A DNA stretch of 64,000 nt. It comes from Monocercomonoides exilis PA203 (taxonomy: Eukaryota > Protista > Preaxostyla). Where the stretch lies: assembly GCA_001643675.2 (NCBI GenBank), contig LSRY02000005.1, forward strand, positions 248,001 through 312,000, read 5' to 3'. The notes under the pieces were generated by a model, which saw nothing but the letters and a program-made list of their open reading frames with translations, ran no database searches and had not been told where the DNA came from. Numbering within the stretch: the first letter of the stretch is position 1; each line of letters begins with the position of its first letter. The translations under genes were made by a program, and so were the position numbers. Positions 36,796 through 50,230 of the stretch are shown here, one piece after another.

Positions 36796-38061
36796 TTGCG
36801 AAATGATGCTCTCAAAGGAATTATCCTCGCTTTGCATTATATTCTTTTCAATATTGTTTTATTATTATTGTTTTAAAAGTTTTAAGAAATTTTTGGGTTT
36901 TTTGTTTTCTGTTTCATTGATGATGAGAAATCTTGTATTTACGTTGTACATTACTTTTTGTTATCGATTTGAACGGCTGGTAAATGATTTTTAGAGCAAT
37001 AAATCCTTTTTACTTCGTATCAATTATAATCTTTTTTTCTATCAGGGTTCAATCTTCCTTTTGTATCTGCCTTTGCGATAGTTGACGTATATCCCAACAA
37101 ATGCGCAGTAGCATTTTGTCCATTTCATGAAATTGATGTTTTGAATAAATTCTTTTGAATTTTATTGCTTTTGTTCTTTATGATTGAAACCTTTCTTTTC
37201 AACTAGGAAAGAGCTATCCACTTTGAATTTAATGAAAACTTTTCTATTCAGGAGAAATAAAAGCAAATTGAAAGGGGTTCCAATCCTTTTTCACAGTTAT
37301 CTGAATGAAAATGAATAGAATGCTTTAAAGAAACATATGAATTCAATTTGAAATAAGCCGAATGGAGCAGAAAGAATGGAAAAAATGATTCCTTTTGGAC
37401 TGAAATGAGAGAGAATGAAAATCTAAGAATGAGAAATTGAAAAGGGTTTAAAAAATGTTCATCAAGAATAAAGATGGGAAAGGTGAACGATAAAAGAATT
37501 TATTTTTCGAAAATGAGAGAAAAGAATTTGAGTGACCTTGAGATTATTTCCTTCTGTTCGGTTTTCTTCAATAATGGAGCAGAAAAGAGCCGAGCTTCTG
37601 AGAAACGAAAAGAATGATAAATGAAGGAATTATGTATCTGTGATTATCATTGGATTGACCTGATGATATCGTCAAAAGAAATGAATCTTTTTTTTGAACG
37701 AAGATTGACTTTTTTTAGACCATCTGGATATTACAAATAAATGAGGCGAAAATAATTCAAAGCCAGGTTTACAAAAAGAAGTTTTGGAGAGAAAAGGTTG
37801 AGATTAATTGTGAAACATATGAACTCTGTAGATCAGAATGAAAAGATGGAGTAGAGAAGGAGGATCATAGGAAAAAAAAAACAAGAAAAGAAGGTTTCGG
37901 CATAAACATGAGAATCGTGTTCCAAATTTTTAAACTTTTTGATCATAAAGGAAGTTCCATTTGATGATTCTGTCAATATTCAGTACGAAAAAACTTGCGA
38001 AATGTTATGTGTTTGAAAAAAGAAAAAAAAATCAAAACAAAAAAGTTTTTATTCGAGATAT

Positions 38062-39156
38062 GGGTGAAAATATGGACTTTCAAGCTTTTTATGCACAAAG
38101 TGTACAAAAATTGTTTCACAAATAACAGTATTAAACTTTATCAAATTTCAAAATAAATTGGTTTTTCTTATCTGCATATAGCCATCACAGATGTTTTCAC
38201 GAAATGTTTTGTGACGTTCCATTAATGTCAAAAAATGAACCCATTTCAATAAAATTTTTTGAACTCAAAAAGCTTGTCAAAAGTGCATAATTTTTCAATG
38301 AAAATACCTGAAGTCAAATATTTTGTCCCATATTATTTATTGCTCAAATTCCGAAGAATCTTCTCCTGTTCCAGCTCTAAATGGATCCGAATTCTCGCTT
38401 TCTGATTTGAAAAGTTTTTCTTCAGTATCTTCTTCATCTTTTATCCCCAAAATATCATTTTAATCTGGAATTTCTTCGTTTTTATAAACTTCATCATTAT
38501 CAATTTCCGATTCAAATTCATCTTCAGATTGAATATTGAAAACTTTTTCAATGAGTTTTGCATTGGACAACAAACATAATCTTTTAGCAATGAATGTTGC
38601 AAACATTCCTGGAATGAATCGCCTACTCACTCCATATATTGGGGAAAAAAATCGCGAATGTTTCCTCATTCCTTTAATAGTGTTGACGTTAACTTTTGTG
38701 AAAGGATCAACTTTATTACGTTTGTCGCAGACGGAAAGGAAGGAATATTCTATTTCCCCCAATCAAACATAGGCTTTCCACTCGAAGTTGATATTTGAAG
38801 TTTGCTCTTTTTAACGATTGTTGATTATTGGAATTAGTGTTTCTTTTTATCGATTTGGCACAATAATCACAAAATTTTTCTCCATATGGGGCAAAGTATT
38901 TTGCTTCAAGCATTTTCATTGAAAAATAATGCACTTTTCATTGACTTTTTGAGAACAAAAAACATTATAAAAATAGTTCTATTTTTTGACATTCGTGAAA
39001 TGCAACAATTCTTAATGTTTTGATTTCAATGATACCTGTTTACGGATATGAAAATCAAATTAATTTAGAAATCTGAGAAAGTGAAATAAAGTTATGCGTG
39101 AAGCAATTTTTCAATGCCTTGAGCAAAAAAAAGCTTGAAAGTCCGTATTTTCCCCC
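38062..39156 (-). mobile_element. 1.1 kb GGG-ended TIR element, 4-bp TSD ATAT; probable internal-deletion derivative of a Sola-like transposon
   Basis: ATAT|GGGTGAAAATATGGACTTTCAAGCTTTTT...AAAAAGCTTGAAAGTCCGTATTTTCCCCC|ATAT. The TIR resembles that of the 270-bp MITE. Minus-strand ORF remnants include CDYC and NTIKGMRKHSRFF. Confidence 0.75.
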
Positions 39157-39585
39157 ATATCTCCTTCACCTTCTCGTTTGACAGCTCCAAATATTCACAT
39201 TTTTTGTTTTTAGCTTTCCTTATTCAAAAAATAGAAATATTCGAGGAGAACAAATTCATATTATAGATAACAATGTAAATATTTGATTTAGAAACCTTTA
39301 TTGAATTTCCTTCCCCTCCAAACAGCTTCAATTAATTTTTCTATTTTTCCCGCCACTCCAATTTTTTATATCTGTAGTCTAGGAAATTTTAAACATTTGA
39401 CCTTGCAACACTTGCCCAGAACCCAATCATCATTTGAGATACATTTATCATCATCACAATTTTTCAAACTTTTTTTCTGTATTGGCTTAAAATCAATCAT
39501 CATCACACTTCAAATGGAAATATTTTGTAAACTCTGAAGTCGTTTCAGAAAAGCACGAAACACTTTTCTTTTGCTTTGGACAGGT

Positions 39586-39856
39586 AGGGCAAAACATTAC
39601 ACTTCAGGCATTTTCATTGAAAAATTATGCACAGTGGATGAACTTTTTGTGATCCAAAAAAACACATTTAAAATGGATTATTTTTTTGAAATACTTGTGA
39701 GATCACAAAAAATTATTGAAATAATATAAATGATGTTTGTTTTCGGAAATGAAAATACAGTTTATTTTGAAATCTGATAAAGTTATTGAAAGTTATGAGT
39801 GGAACAAATATTTTTTGCATTGCGCGAAAAATGCTTGACGGTTTGAATTTTTACCC
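39586..39856. mobile_element. ~270 bp GGG-ended MITE (copy C), 4-bp TSD AGGT
   Basis: AGGT|AGGGCAAAACATTACACTTCAGGC...TTTTTACCC|AGGT. Near-identical to copies A and B but in unrelated flanks. Confidence 0.85.
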
Positions 39857-42137
39857 AGGTCAAGAATCTTGAATGTCATTTTCATTTGAAGATATATTTG
39901 ACTTTTTTGCAGTTTTGGCAAACTGCAAATACCTTCGGTATATATTGTTGTATCCATTTCAAAGATGATTTTTCAGATGAAAATCTCACAAGCAGGGTGT
40001 GATATCTCTTTTTGAAAGGCTTTTTTCGAGACATCAAATTTTTGATTGATAAAACCATCTTTGATCAAATTCATTATAAATGTAATTTTTTGAAAAAACA
40101 TTAATTTATTATTTTGTCAAGTTGATGCAAAGAGCAGATAAAGAATATTATATTCTCAAACCTAAAAGACAATAGATTGCGAAAATGGTTTAAAGAATCT
40201 AAAATATTTGGTATGCTTATTCAATGATTAAGCCTATTAATGTTTTTCCAAAACAGTTTGTCAACCAAATAAAGAGATAAGAACACAAAAACATTGTTTA
40301 TTATCAAATAAAATGAAGGGGACAGTTTCAATTTCAATTGATTTGTTTTGAGAAAAACAATGAAAAAGAAAGCAGAGTGAAATGAAATGACTCAGCAAAA
40401 AAAAGTCTTGAAAAGATGCAGACTTGTTCCTTTCAGATCAAATCAACGATTGTTGAAAAAGAGGTTGTTTTGAATTGATCAATGAGGTATCACTTGTTCT
40501 TTGATGAGTATGTGCAATCTGATTAAAGAAGAAAATTTGTCTGAAGAGAATTGGAAAGCAAGAAAACAAAATTGTCGAAAAAAACGAAAACAACTATTTG
40601 TTTCTTCTCGATATATTCAATCAAGGTTCAATGATGTGATATTCTTGAACTCTTCGTAAGTATTTTTGACTTCAGCTTATAGAGGTAAAAAGGAAAGAAG
40701 TAAACAATGGAAAGCAAAATTCGATTGAGATTGAAAAATTACATTGGAAAATGAACAGATAAGAAGTGGAGCCTTTCATTAGATGAATGGCAAAAGATTA
40801 TTGTTGATGGAGACAAAGACACGTTCATTTTCTTTTTTCATGAAATGAGAAAAATCATTTTTGCTGAGAAAAAAAAAAAAAAACGATTTGTGAATATCTG
40901 CCCCAACAACAAAGAAAAAAGTCAAACATTTGAGATGGAATGTCAATTCCAATCAATTTATAAAACTCATCTGGAAGTGAAATCCATTGTTAAAAAAAGA
41001 AATAATACTTTCAAAACAAAGAAACCAAACAAGGGAATGTTTCTTCTGAAATGGAGAGAAACTAATTCTTCTTTTCTTTTTTGTATCTGGAAGTGTGGAG
41101 GAAGAATAACTGTGAAAAGAACATATGATGAGAGAGATTCTTTCAAAGTGAAGGAAAAAAGCAACAAACAGTCTGATTCATTCTCTAAGGCATTATTTGA
41201 AATGAAACAATTTGAGTTGAATTGCCAAGAAAATATTCTTTTTGCGATCGTTTTCATGAAATGAAAACAAAGGGACATACTAAAAGTTGGACATCTCAAA
41301 AGTTCATTTTTTATCTGCATTCAGAAAATTCTTCTTTCTTTACTTCACACAATCTGTAAAGAATGATTCTTATAATTTGTTTGTATCTTTTTCTTTTGTC
41401 ACTCTTCCAACATCATCTTTCACAGTCACAGCTGTAGAATTTGATGAAACGATTGCTTTTGACAGTTGATTTATCCAATTGATCAACTTCTTTGATGAAA
41501 ACCTTTCATTGAAGTCTTTCAACAAAGCCGATAATTGTGACAAACAATTTTTTCTAATGAGAAAACCCATTTTCACTTTCTTTTGATTTTGTACACTCCT
41601 TCTCAACATTTCAATGCTTTCTTTGACTGTTCAAGAAATCAACATAGTGAATCGTAATAAAAGCTTTCGAAAATGTTAATACATTTCTTTTAATTTATTT
41701 GAAGAAAAAGCGAAAAATGTGCTTATTCTCATATTAAAAGTTTCATCAAATGAATTATCTTCAACAATTCATTAAAATGTTCTTCACAAACATTAGACAA
41801 ACATTGTTGCAATTGGATATCAATCCAAATTTCACACTGAAAATAGAATTCATCTGTTAACATTTTTTATTCGACGAATAAACAAAAGATCTTTCGATTC
41901 CATTCAATAATTTTTGTTTTATTCATCTTTTTTATAATATTCTGATATTTCTCTCTTCAAAAGTGATTAATGAAACAAACAATAATTTATCAATAAACCA
42001 GATGTTATAATGAAAATTTTGAAAAATCGTTTTATTCATTTTCAGATATTACAAAAAAAACAAAAATTTAAATGGAAAATATATATATATTGGGCGCAGG
42101 AATTTTTATTTTTAAGTTTTTTCTTTCATCTTCTTCC

Positions 42138-45100
42138 ATGGCGAGGTTCTCCACCAGCGCAAAAGTTGCATTCAATGTTGTTGCTCTGATGTTGGTTGTT
42201 GTCAATTGCAGCAATTACAGAAGCATTGCTGAAAATCAACATCAACAAGAAATGAATTGGGAGATGCCAGAAAGCACGATCAGCGTTGAAAACAGCAGCA
42301 ACAAATACTACAATAATTATGGCATAGGTGCAGCAAAAGTCATATTCTCGCCAGGCGATCGTGTCAGTTGTGCCCGAACAAGTGTGAATATCGTCAACAC
42401 CTCGTTGTGTGTGAGCGATCTCGTCATGGAACCTCTCAGTGGCTGTGCATTCCTCTCTGCACTACACCACTCATCGTGCACCATTTTCTCCTCTGCCTGC
42501 CGAATCCACACAGATGCCAGCTACCCACTTTTCCTCTCTTCCCACAGCTCCCTCTCTCTCACAAACTTCTCCCTCATCATCCCTCACCCAGCCATCCTCT
42601 CCTTCCCTCTATTTTCCATTCCAAATAATCTCCTCTCACATGCCCACTCCCCAATCCCCTCCTCCTTCTCAATCTCTCATTCCTCTTTCTCTTCTTTCAT
42701 CTCCCTCACCCAGCCCTTCCTTTTTTCTCCTTCCTTATCATTTTCGTCTTCCCTTCTCCATCGCTGTCTCCAAATCCACTTCGATCTCCACCTCTCAGAC
42801 ACACTCTTCACAAACATCACCACTGCACCACAATCCACACACACCATTCCTGCCAAACCCACTCACGCACACAACTCATTCACCACCACCACAATCACCA
42901 CTAACACAATCACCACTAACACAAACACAATCCTCTCCTTCTCTCTACGCTCCTCTCTCTCTATCCACTCATCCATCTTCCTCCACACCTTCAACCCAAT
43001 CGATGGTGCCATCCTCCCAGACCTCAACAGCCCATCAACGTCTCTCTCTGCCTTCAACACCTCTTTTCTCCATCAAACACGTTCTTCATCAAATGATCCT
43101 GTGATATATGAAGGAACTGAAACTGAAAGAAAGAAATTAAGTAGATTTCCATTTTCTGATTTGAATAGCTATATCTTTGAATGGTGTGAATGGGAAATTT
43201 CAAATGGTGGATCTTCAGCAGGTGGTGCACTTAATGTTTATTGTGCAAATGCAAATCTCACAATCGCTTCATGTTTATTCAATAATTGTTCAACCAGAGA
43301 TCATGGAGGAGCAATGCGTTGTGATCTCTTACTCGAAATCTGCATTACAAAATCAAATTTCACTGGCTGCTCAGCTGCCCATGGAGGAGCAACTTGCTTG
43401 GCTTATCCACAATCTAATTCTGATTGGTCATTCTCAGAAAACAGAGTCGAAAGTTGTTCAATAACAGATTGGTGTGGAACAGGTTGGTATTTTGCACTTG
43501 AAGGAACTCCAGCAAATTTTCAATTCCTATTTGCAAACTGTAAGTGCATTTCAAATTCTGGTGGAGATTCTGCTGGTTCTCTCACATTTCATTGGCCTCC
43601 ACAAAATATACCAAGTCAGTTTTCAATCAATGATTGTCAGTTCATCAATAATAAATTGACCGCTTCTTCGACATGTGGAGGTGCTGCCATTTATCTTTTT
43701 TCAACGTATTCTTGGATGAATAGTTTAAAATTTATAGCTTTCTGTTTCTTTGATGGCAACGCAGCTGCAAATGGAAGAGGAAATGATGTGTTCTTTTACG
43801 GAAGTGATATCACTCAATCTCCATTTGAGAATTGTGGTTCAACAACCCCGTCAAAAAGAGTCTGGAATTGTGAAACAGCTGATAGCGATGTATATAATGG
43901 CTGGCTTCCTCTCATCAACCAGAACAAAATCGTTGCAAATGGTGGAAGTGATGTTGACGCCTGTGGCAAAACACAGCAAAACCCATGTGCCACGGTCGAG
44001 TATGCTCTCAGATGCATTGCTCCCTTCAGTGATGCTTCCCTCTCTCTTCTCGTCTCCACTTTCACTCCCTTAAAGACTCTCATATTCCGTGCCCCGAATA
44101 CAAAAGTCACTGGGAATGGCACAGATTCTACAATAATTGCTTCCAGTGGTATTCCTCAGCCATCTTCTTCTTCTTCTTCTTCCACTTTATCATCATCCCC
44201 TGAACCATCTGCCACTTCTGCCCTCTTCGCACAAACACAGGGCTCCCTCACAGTTTCTGCCCTCGCCATCGCCCATAACTCCACAAATCCCATCACCCCC
44301 ATCCTCTTCCACCTCTCCCAAAACTCCCCTTCCCTCAACCTGAACACAACCACCATCACAGGAACAACCCCATCTTCATCATCAATCACCACACCCCTCT
44401 TCTTCATCACTGCTGGCTCCCTCGCCCTCAACCACACAGCAATCACTCAACTCTCCCTCAACAGCCAAAGCATCTTCCACCTCACCTCCCTCACAGGCTC
44501 CCTCACTCTCAACTCCTCCAGCATCACCGACATCACCTCCACAGCCACTCCCACCAGCTGTGTCCTCTCCTCTGCCACCTCCCCTGCCCTCTCCATCTCC
44601 CTCGCCAACTGCACCATCACCAACATCAACTCAGCACAGCTGAACCATCAGACTGCCACCAATGGCGGGTGCATCTCATTCGCCTCATCCGTCTCTGCCA
44701 ACATATTTTCAGTGAGTGACACCTCCTTCTCCAGCTGCTGCGTGAGCGAGGATACAAGTTCTGGAGGAAGAGGCGGTGCTCTCATGATCGAGTACAATCA
44801 TGGCTCACAAGTGTCATCCACCTCCTTTTCCATGATGAATGTTGTGTTTTCAGCCAACAAGGCCAGTGTCGGAAGAGATATGTATTTTGTGTGTGAATCC
44901 CTTGTCGCTTCTGTGAAAGAGCCCATGTTCACCTTCATGAAAAGCATCACTGAAAAAGACAACTCGATTGTTGGGCATGACAGAACAGAAGCATTTGGCA
45001 ACTGGGATGTGGATTTATTTATATTTTTCGACGGTTTCTTTGCTGATACGATATATGTTGATGGAGCATCTGGAGTGGAAAAGGTGTATTGTGGGCTGGA

Positions 45101-48100
45101 AAATGCACCATGTTTGAATGTGAATTATGGGATGGAGCGTTTGAAGAGAACGCTGAATATTAAACAGGAGATTATTTTATCTGCAAATTCATCTGTTACT
45201 GGATATGTGGATGTGAGTGGGATGAGTGTGAAGTCCAAATCCGAGACAATTGTTGGTATCGAATGCAAAAGGGAAGTAAGCGGCTCTGAACAATGCGTTA
45301 TGAAATCATCATCGATCACAGAAATTCAGTTCGTTGGGATTGTTGTTCCATCAAGTTATAACAGAACAATCACATCAGTTGTCGAATCAAGCACTCAAAA
45401 TGGGGAGTTGCACATGAAGAACTGTGAGATGAGTGTGATTGGAGGGAAACAAAACGCAATTGGATTTTCATTGATCAAATCAACAGGAAAGATGGTTGAG
45501 CTGGACTCTGTCGCGATTTCAGATGTGAAATCATCTGTCGCGCTGTTTTCATTTTCTCCTTCATCAGGAAATATGAATAAAGGAGAGAGCGAAGGAGAAC
45601 ACAAAGTGAAACTGTTGAATTGCACGATGGAAGGATGCGGTCTAGATAACACCTCATTTGGTGGATCTCCATTGATGATATCTTCTTCTGTTTTGTTTGA
45701 AAACAGCAATTTTTCGAATATTGAAAACGCAATCAGTGAAGAAGGAGGTGTTGCAAAAGTGGCATTGCAAGGAAATGAAAAATTGGTGATCAAATCAACA
45801 AATGCGTCATCTTGTTCACTTTCAACGAACAATGGAAAAGGAGGATTCCTGCATTTGGACTGCGAAGATTGTTTGGATAAAACACCATTTGTTTTTGATG
45901 CAGGAATTACTTTTGTGAACAATAAGGCAGCCATTGGAAAGAATGTGTTCATTATAGGAAAGGATTTGAATGGTTCTGTGACAAATGAGTCGTTCAAATT
46001 CGATTACTCTGAAATGACAAACGATAACAATTTGTTTGTTGGAAGTGATGATTTTCGTCAAGAAAAGGATTTGTTCATGTTCCTTGTTCCATATAGCTCA
46101 TTTGAGATATTTATCTCATCAGAAGGATTTGATGTTGCACGTTGTGGAAGTGAAGAAGAGCCATGCTTCACGCTATGGAAAGGGATGGAAAACATGAAAA
46201 AAGAGGAAGGAAATAAAACAATTCAAATATCAGGATCGACTGTTATTCAAGATTCATTCAACATATCCAATTATCAGATCAAAAAAAGTGTGAAGATGGG
46301 AGAAGAGAATACGAAAGTAACTTTGAATATTGAAAAGGCAATTGGAAATCAACTAGAATATTTTATGGTGAATAATATTCATCTAGAATTGACAAATATC
46401 CAACTTCAACTGACATCGGGATTTGACAACTCAGCCAAAACAATTATTTCAAACAGAGCTGGCAATTTGGTGATAAGTGGATGTTCATTCCATTCAGAGG
46501 CAGGAGTGAACAATGGATTTGATTGTGTATTTGTGGATGTGATTGGAGGAAGTGTGGAAGTGAATGATTTGTCTTTGGAATCATGCAATGTTGGAAACAG
46601 CATTTTTGCCATTCATGATTCTGGAACAACTTGCCATTTTGTGAATGTTCGAGTGGATTCGTTGAATGAAAGCAGAGGATGTCTTCTTCTGATCAAAGGA
46701 ACTGAATCAACAACAAAGATAAATGAAGGAGTCGAGGAAATAAATCTCCAAATTAACAATTCATCATTTTCAGGAGTGAAGAGAAGTGACAATGGAGCAA
46801 GCGTTCTGCAATCAAAAAGTGAGAAAAAGATTTGTTTTGTTGTGAATGAGAGCAACATCACAGAAGACAAAGCAGAAACAAGTGAAAAAGGAGGGGCAAT
46901 ATTCTTCACATTGGGTGCATCAGGATCAATGAAGATGATTGACTCAACAATCAGCCAATGCAGCTGCACCAATGGGAAAGGGGGAGGGGTGTATCTGGCA
47001 ACAAAGGAAAGAGGAGATTTGAATTTTTCGTTTGTGGGGATGAAATTCAGTGCGAACACAGCAAGTGTGGGGAATGATATTTTCATTGAATGCTTCAACA
47101 TCACATCTCAGATCAATGAAAGGCAATTTCAGTTTGATCTTCGAGAAGGCCATTATTCACGAATGAATGCGATATATGGAATTGATGAATGTGAAAACAA
47201 AGAAGATACAGATCTGATTGATTTTGTGACTATCTATCAGAGTGACACCATTATTGTGAGCAGTGTGAATGGATCGGATGAGAGGCAATGTGGAACCAAC
47301 ACTTTTCCATGTGATTCGATTGATTATGGGCTGATGCATCTGACTTCAGATTTCATGAGTCTGATGTTCATTGTTGAGGAGAGTGTGATTGGTGAAGAGA
47401 TAAATCTGGAGGAGATGAGTTTGAGCTCGAAGAGCAGAGGCTTATGTGAGGTTGAAGTGAAAACTGGTATTGAAAAAGCAAGAGATGCTTTGATCACAAC
47501 AACAGGAATAGTTTCGTTGTCGAGAATGAATTTTGTGTTCTATTCGAATTTCATTTCTCAACATGGATCATTGATATCGCCAGAAGAAGGAATTCTTGAA
47601 ATCATGAATTGCTCATTTACCTCAAAACAATCTAATGAAGAAGGTAATGTTGAATTTGCAAACATTCCATTCCACATCATTAATATGGATAAAGGAGAAT
47701 TGCAGCTCATGGAATGCAAGATATCACATCTCATTCTTCAAAAATCTGCATTATATCTTTCATCTTATCTTCCATCAGTAATTGATTCATTAACGATTTG
47801 CAATTCAACAATTAAAACATCTCTGATAGATATTAATGAATGTGGACAATTGACAATAAAGAATTTCAACACAGAAAATATCTCAGTTGAAGGAAATGAA
47901 GAATCATTGATATCTTGCTTGTCAATGAAAAAGACAATGCAATTAACGAATTGCACGATAGGTGGAGTCAATTCAAAGACCACAAAGGGGAAATTGATGA
48001 AATTGGAGAATAGTTTGGATGTGAAAATGGACGGTTGCATTTTTGATGGAAATTCAAAAGAAAGAAATGAACAATATTGAATGAAGCGGAAGAGATGTGC

Positions 48101-50230
48101 AGATGGGAAGGTTCTCTTGTGGATGTTGTGAAGAGTTCTGTGGTGATGAAAGACACAACAATCTCGAATTCACCAGAAGGCGGAATAACAATAAGTGGAG
48201 GGGAAATGAATGTTAATGATGGAAGATTTGAGAACAATAATCCATCTATTGAAGGATATCCATCATTAAAAAGAAATATCATCTGTTCAGATTCTGGAAC
48301 ATTGAATGTGATGAGTTTGAAAGGAGGAGATGGACTGAAAGATAACTCATCATTGTGGATGTTGAATAAAGGGTGCAGTTTTGAAGGGATTGTTTCTGAA
48401 AGAGCATCTCCATTCTTTATTCCTGTTCTTGAGAGTGTGGAAGCAAAAGAAGAGACAGATAGAATGAAGCTGACATTCAAAGGGATGCTTCTTGTTCCTT
48501 GTAATCTGTCGTTCTCGGTTGTGAAGAAGAAGGGAGAAGAGAAAGAGATTGAAAAACACTCTTTTGATTCAAATGGGATTTTGTCAGAAAGAGAAGTTGA
48601 AGGAAGCGTTGCGAAAGATATTATCAGCAGTTGTGGGAATGAAATTGAAGTAAGTGTTTCTGTTTTATTTGGGAATTCGGAATCTCCATCATCAACACAG
48701 TCATTCGTTTTGAAGAATGCGAGCATTACTCCACCAAAAGGGAATGAAAAAATTGTTGAAAGTGGAAAAGAAGAAAAATCATCATGGGCGTTGATTGTGA
48801 TTGTTGTATTGGTTGTGATATTGTTGATTGTTCTTATCATTGCAGTTGCCTTTATTGTTCGATGGAGAAAGTCGGAGAGAAGAACAGAAGAATTGGAAGA
48901 GATTGTGAATGATAACATCAAGAAGGATCCGAAGGTGTTTGAGATGGTGACGATGGAAATGTCTCCAGAAGCGCAATGGAGGAGAGCAGAGAGGGAGGCA
49001 GAGAAGAAAAACGAAGAGAGGATCAAAAAGAGGGTGTATGAGAAAAGCTTGGGACATTCTGAGTCATCAGAGCATTTATTGAGTGAGAGTGGATCAACAG
49101 AATATATTCTGGGGAAGGACTCAGACAAAATTCCAGAATGGATGTTGGAGAAAATCGATGAGAAAGAGATCGAGGACGAAACGAGAAAACGAACGCCATC
49201 GCCTTCCATTTCATCCACCTCAACAACAGACTCAGATTCAACTTTTATCCGGCCAGAGAGCATGTGTCCAACCACCTCGTCGATGTCGAATCTGGTGGAT
49301 GCGATGGCCTGCTCATCGCCACACGAGAAGCTGATAGTGGATCTGAGGGATTCGCTGTTCATGCTGTTGCACGGAAGGAATGCCAAGAAGGAGATGGCAA
49401 TTGGCTCACTGAAAGAAAGAGAACAAACAGCTGCTCAAATCCTGTTCTGGGTGGCCAATCTCGCACTGCATTCATTTGATGAAATGGAAAATCCTCTTTC
49501 TTCACTTTCCAATCTCAGCCCGCACATTGTTCTGTTCTCTGAGCATATGGTCATCTGCATTGTGATGCACTCAGACTTCTTGTCTGATGATGACTCAGAT
49601 TCCTCATCGATCTCTTCGTCAACAGTTGCAACGTCTGCAACTGATGATGATGATAATGATTCTCTTCCCTCATCGGCATTTGAGGATGAGGATAGCTTCA
49701 AAAAAGAGTGTTTGAGGTGGAAGGCACCAGAACTGCTGATGAACAAGAAAATGGGAGCGACAAAGAAGTCAGTTGCCTTTTCGATTGGGATGATGCTGTG
49801 GGAGTGCTTGACACTGCAGATCCCGTTTGGAGAGTATCCAGCAGAGGTGGCAGGGCAGAAGATTGCGAATGGGGAGAGGCCAGACATGACCCCGATCACA
49901 GAAAGTTCTTTGAAGGAGATTGTGAAGAAATGCATGCTGAAAGATGAAGAAAGCAGACCAATGCTGGCTCATCTGAAGCGTGAGTTTTTCGAGAAGTTTC
50001 CAGCAGGTGCTACGATGGTTACGATGACTGATGCAATCAGGATAGAGGAAAGCTCAAGCGAGAATGATGGGTATGGTTCAACAGAAGATGGAAGCGAACT
50101 TATTTCACTTGCAGATGATGTTTCCTCAAAAAAGAAAAGACGAGGAGCAAAGACAGGATGCGAGCGTCAAAATATAAGAGAATGGGAGAGAAAATATGAA
50201 AGGATAAAAATATTGCTTTTGTGGAACTGA
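42138..50230 (+). CDS. Second copy of the giant receptor pseudokinase, split by a -1 frameshift (~48075) and altered by a +1 frameshift (~50135); pseudogene or sequencing error
   Basis: ORFs 42072-48080 and 48077-50230 together are colinear with the 5033-13144 protein. Both indels sit in short homopolymer runs. Confidence 0.8.

Noticed and set aside
37150-37920. Another decayed copy of the 32-1354 family
   Set aside because: Purine-rich and suggestive, but no motif could be read with confidence.
43130-43920. Diversity-generating retroelement (TR/VR pair) behind the receptor variation
   Set aside because: Differences affect all bases and include many synonymous changes and an indel; there is no adenine specificity and no reverse transcriptase in the window.
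6294-49386. Long antisense/overlapping ORFs (e.g. 6294-7334, 19095-19847, 28075-28797, 47968-49386)
   Set aside because: These are shadows of codon bias and low complexity on real genes, with no independent motifs.
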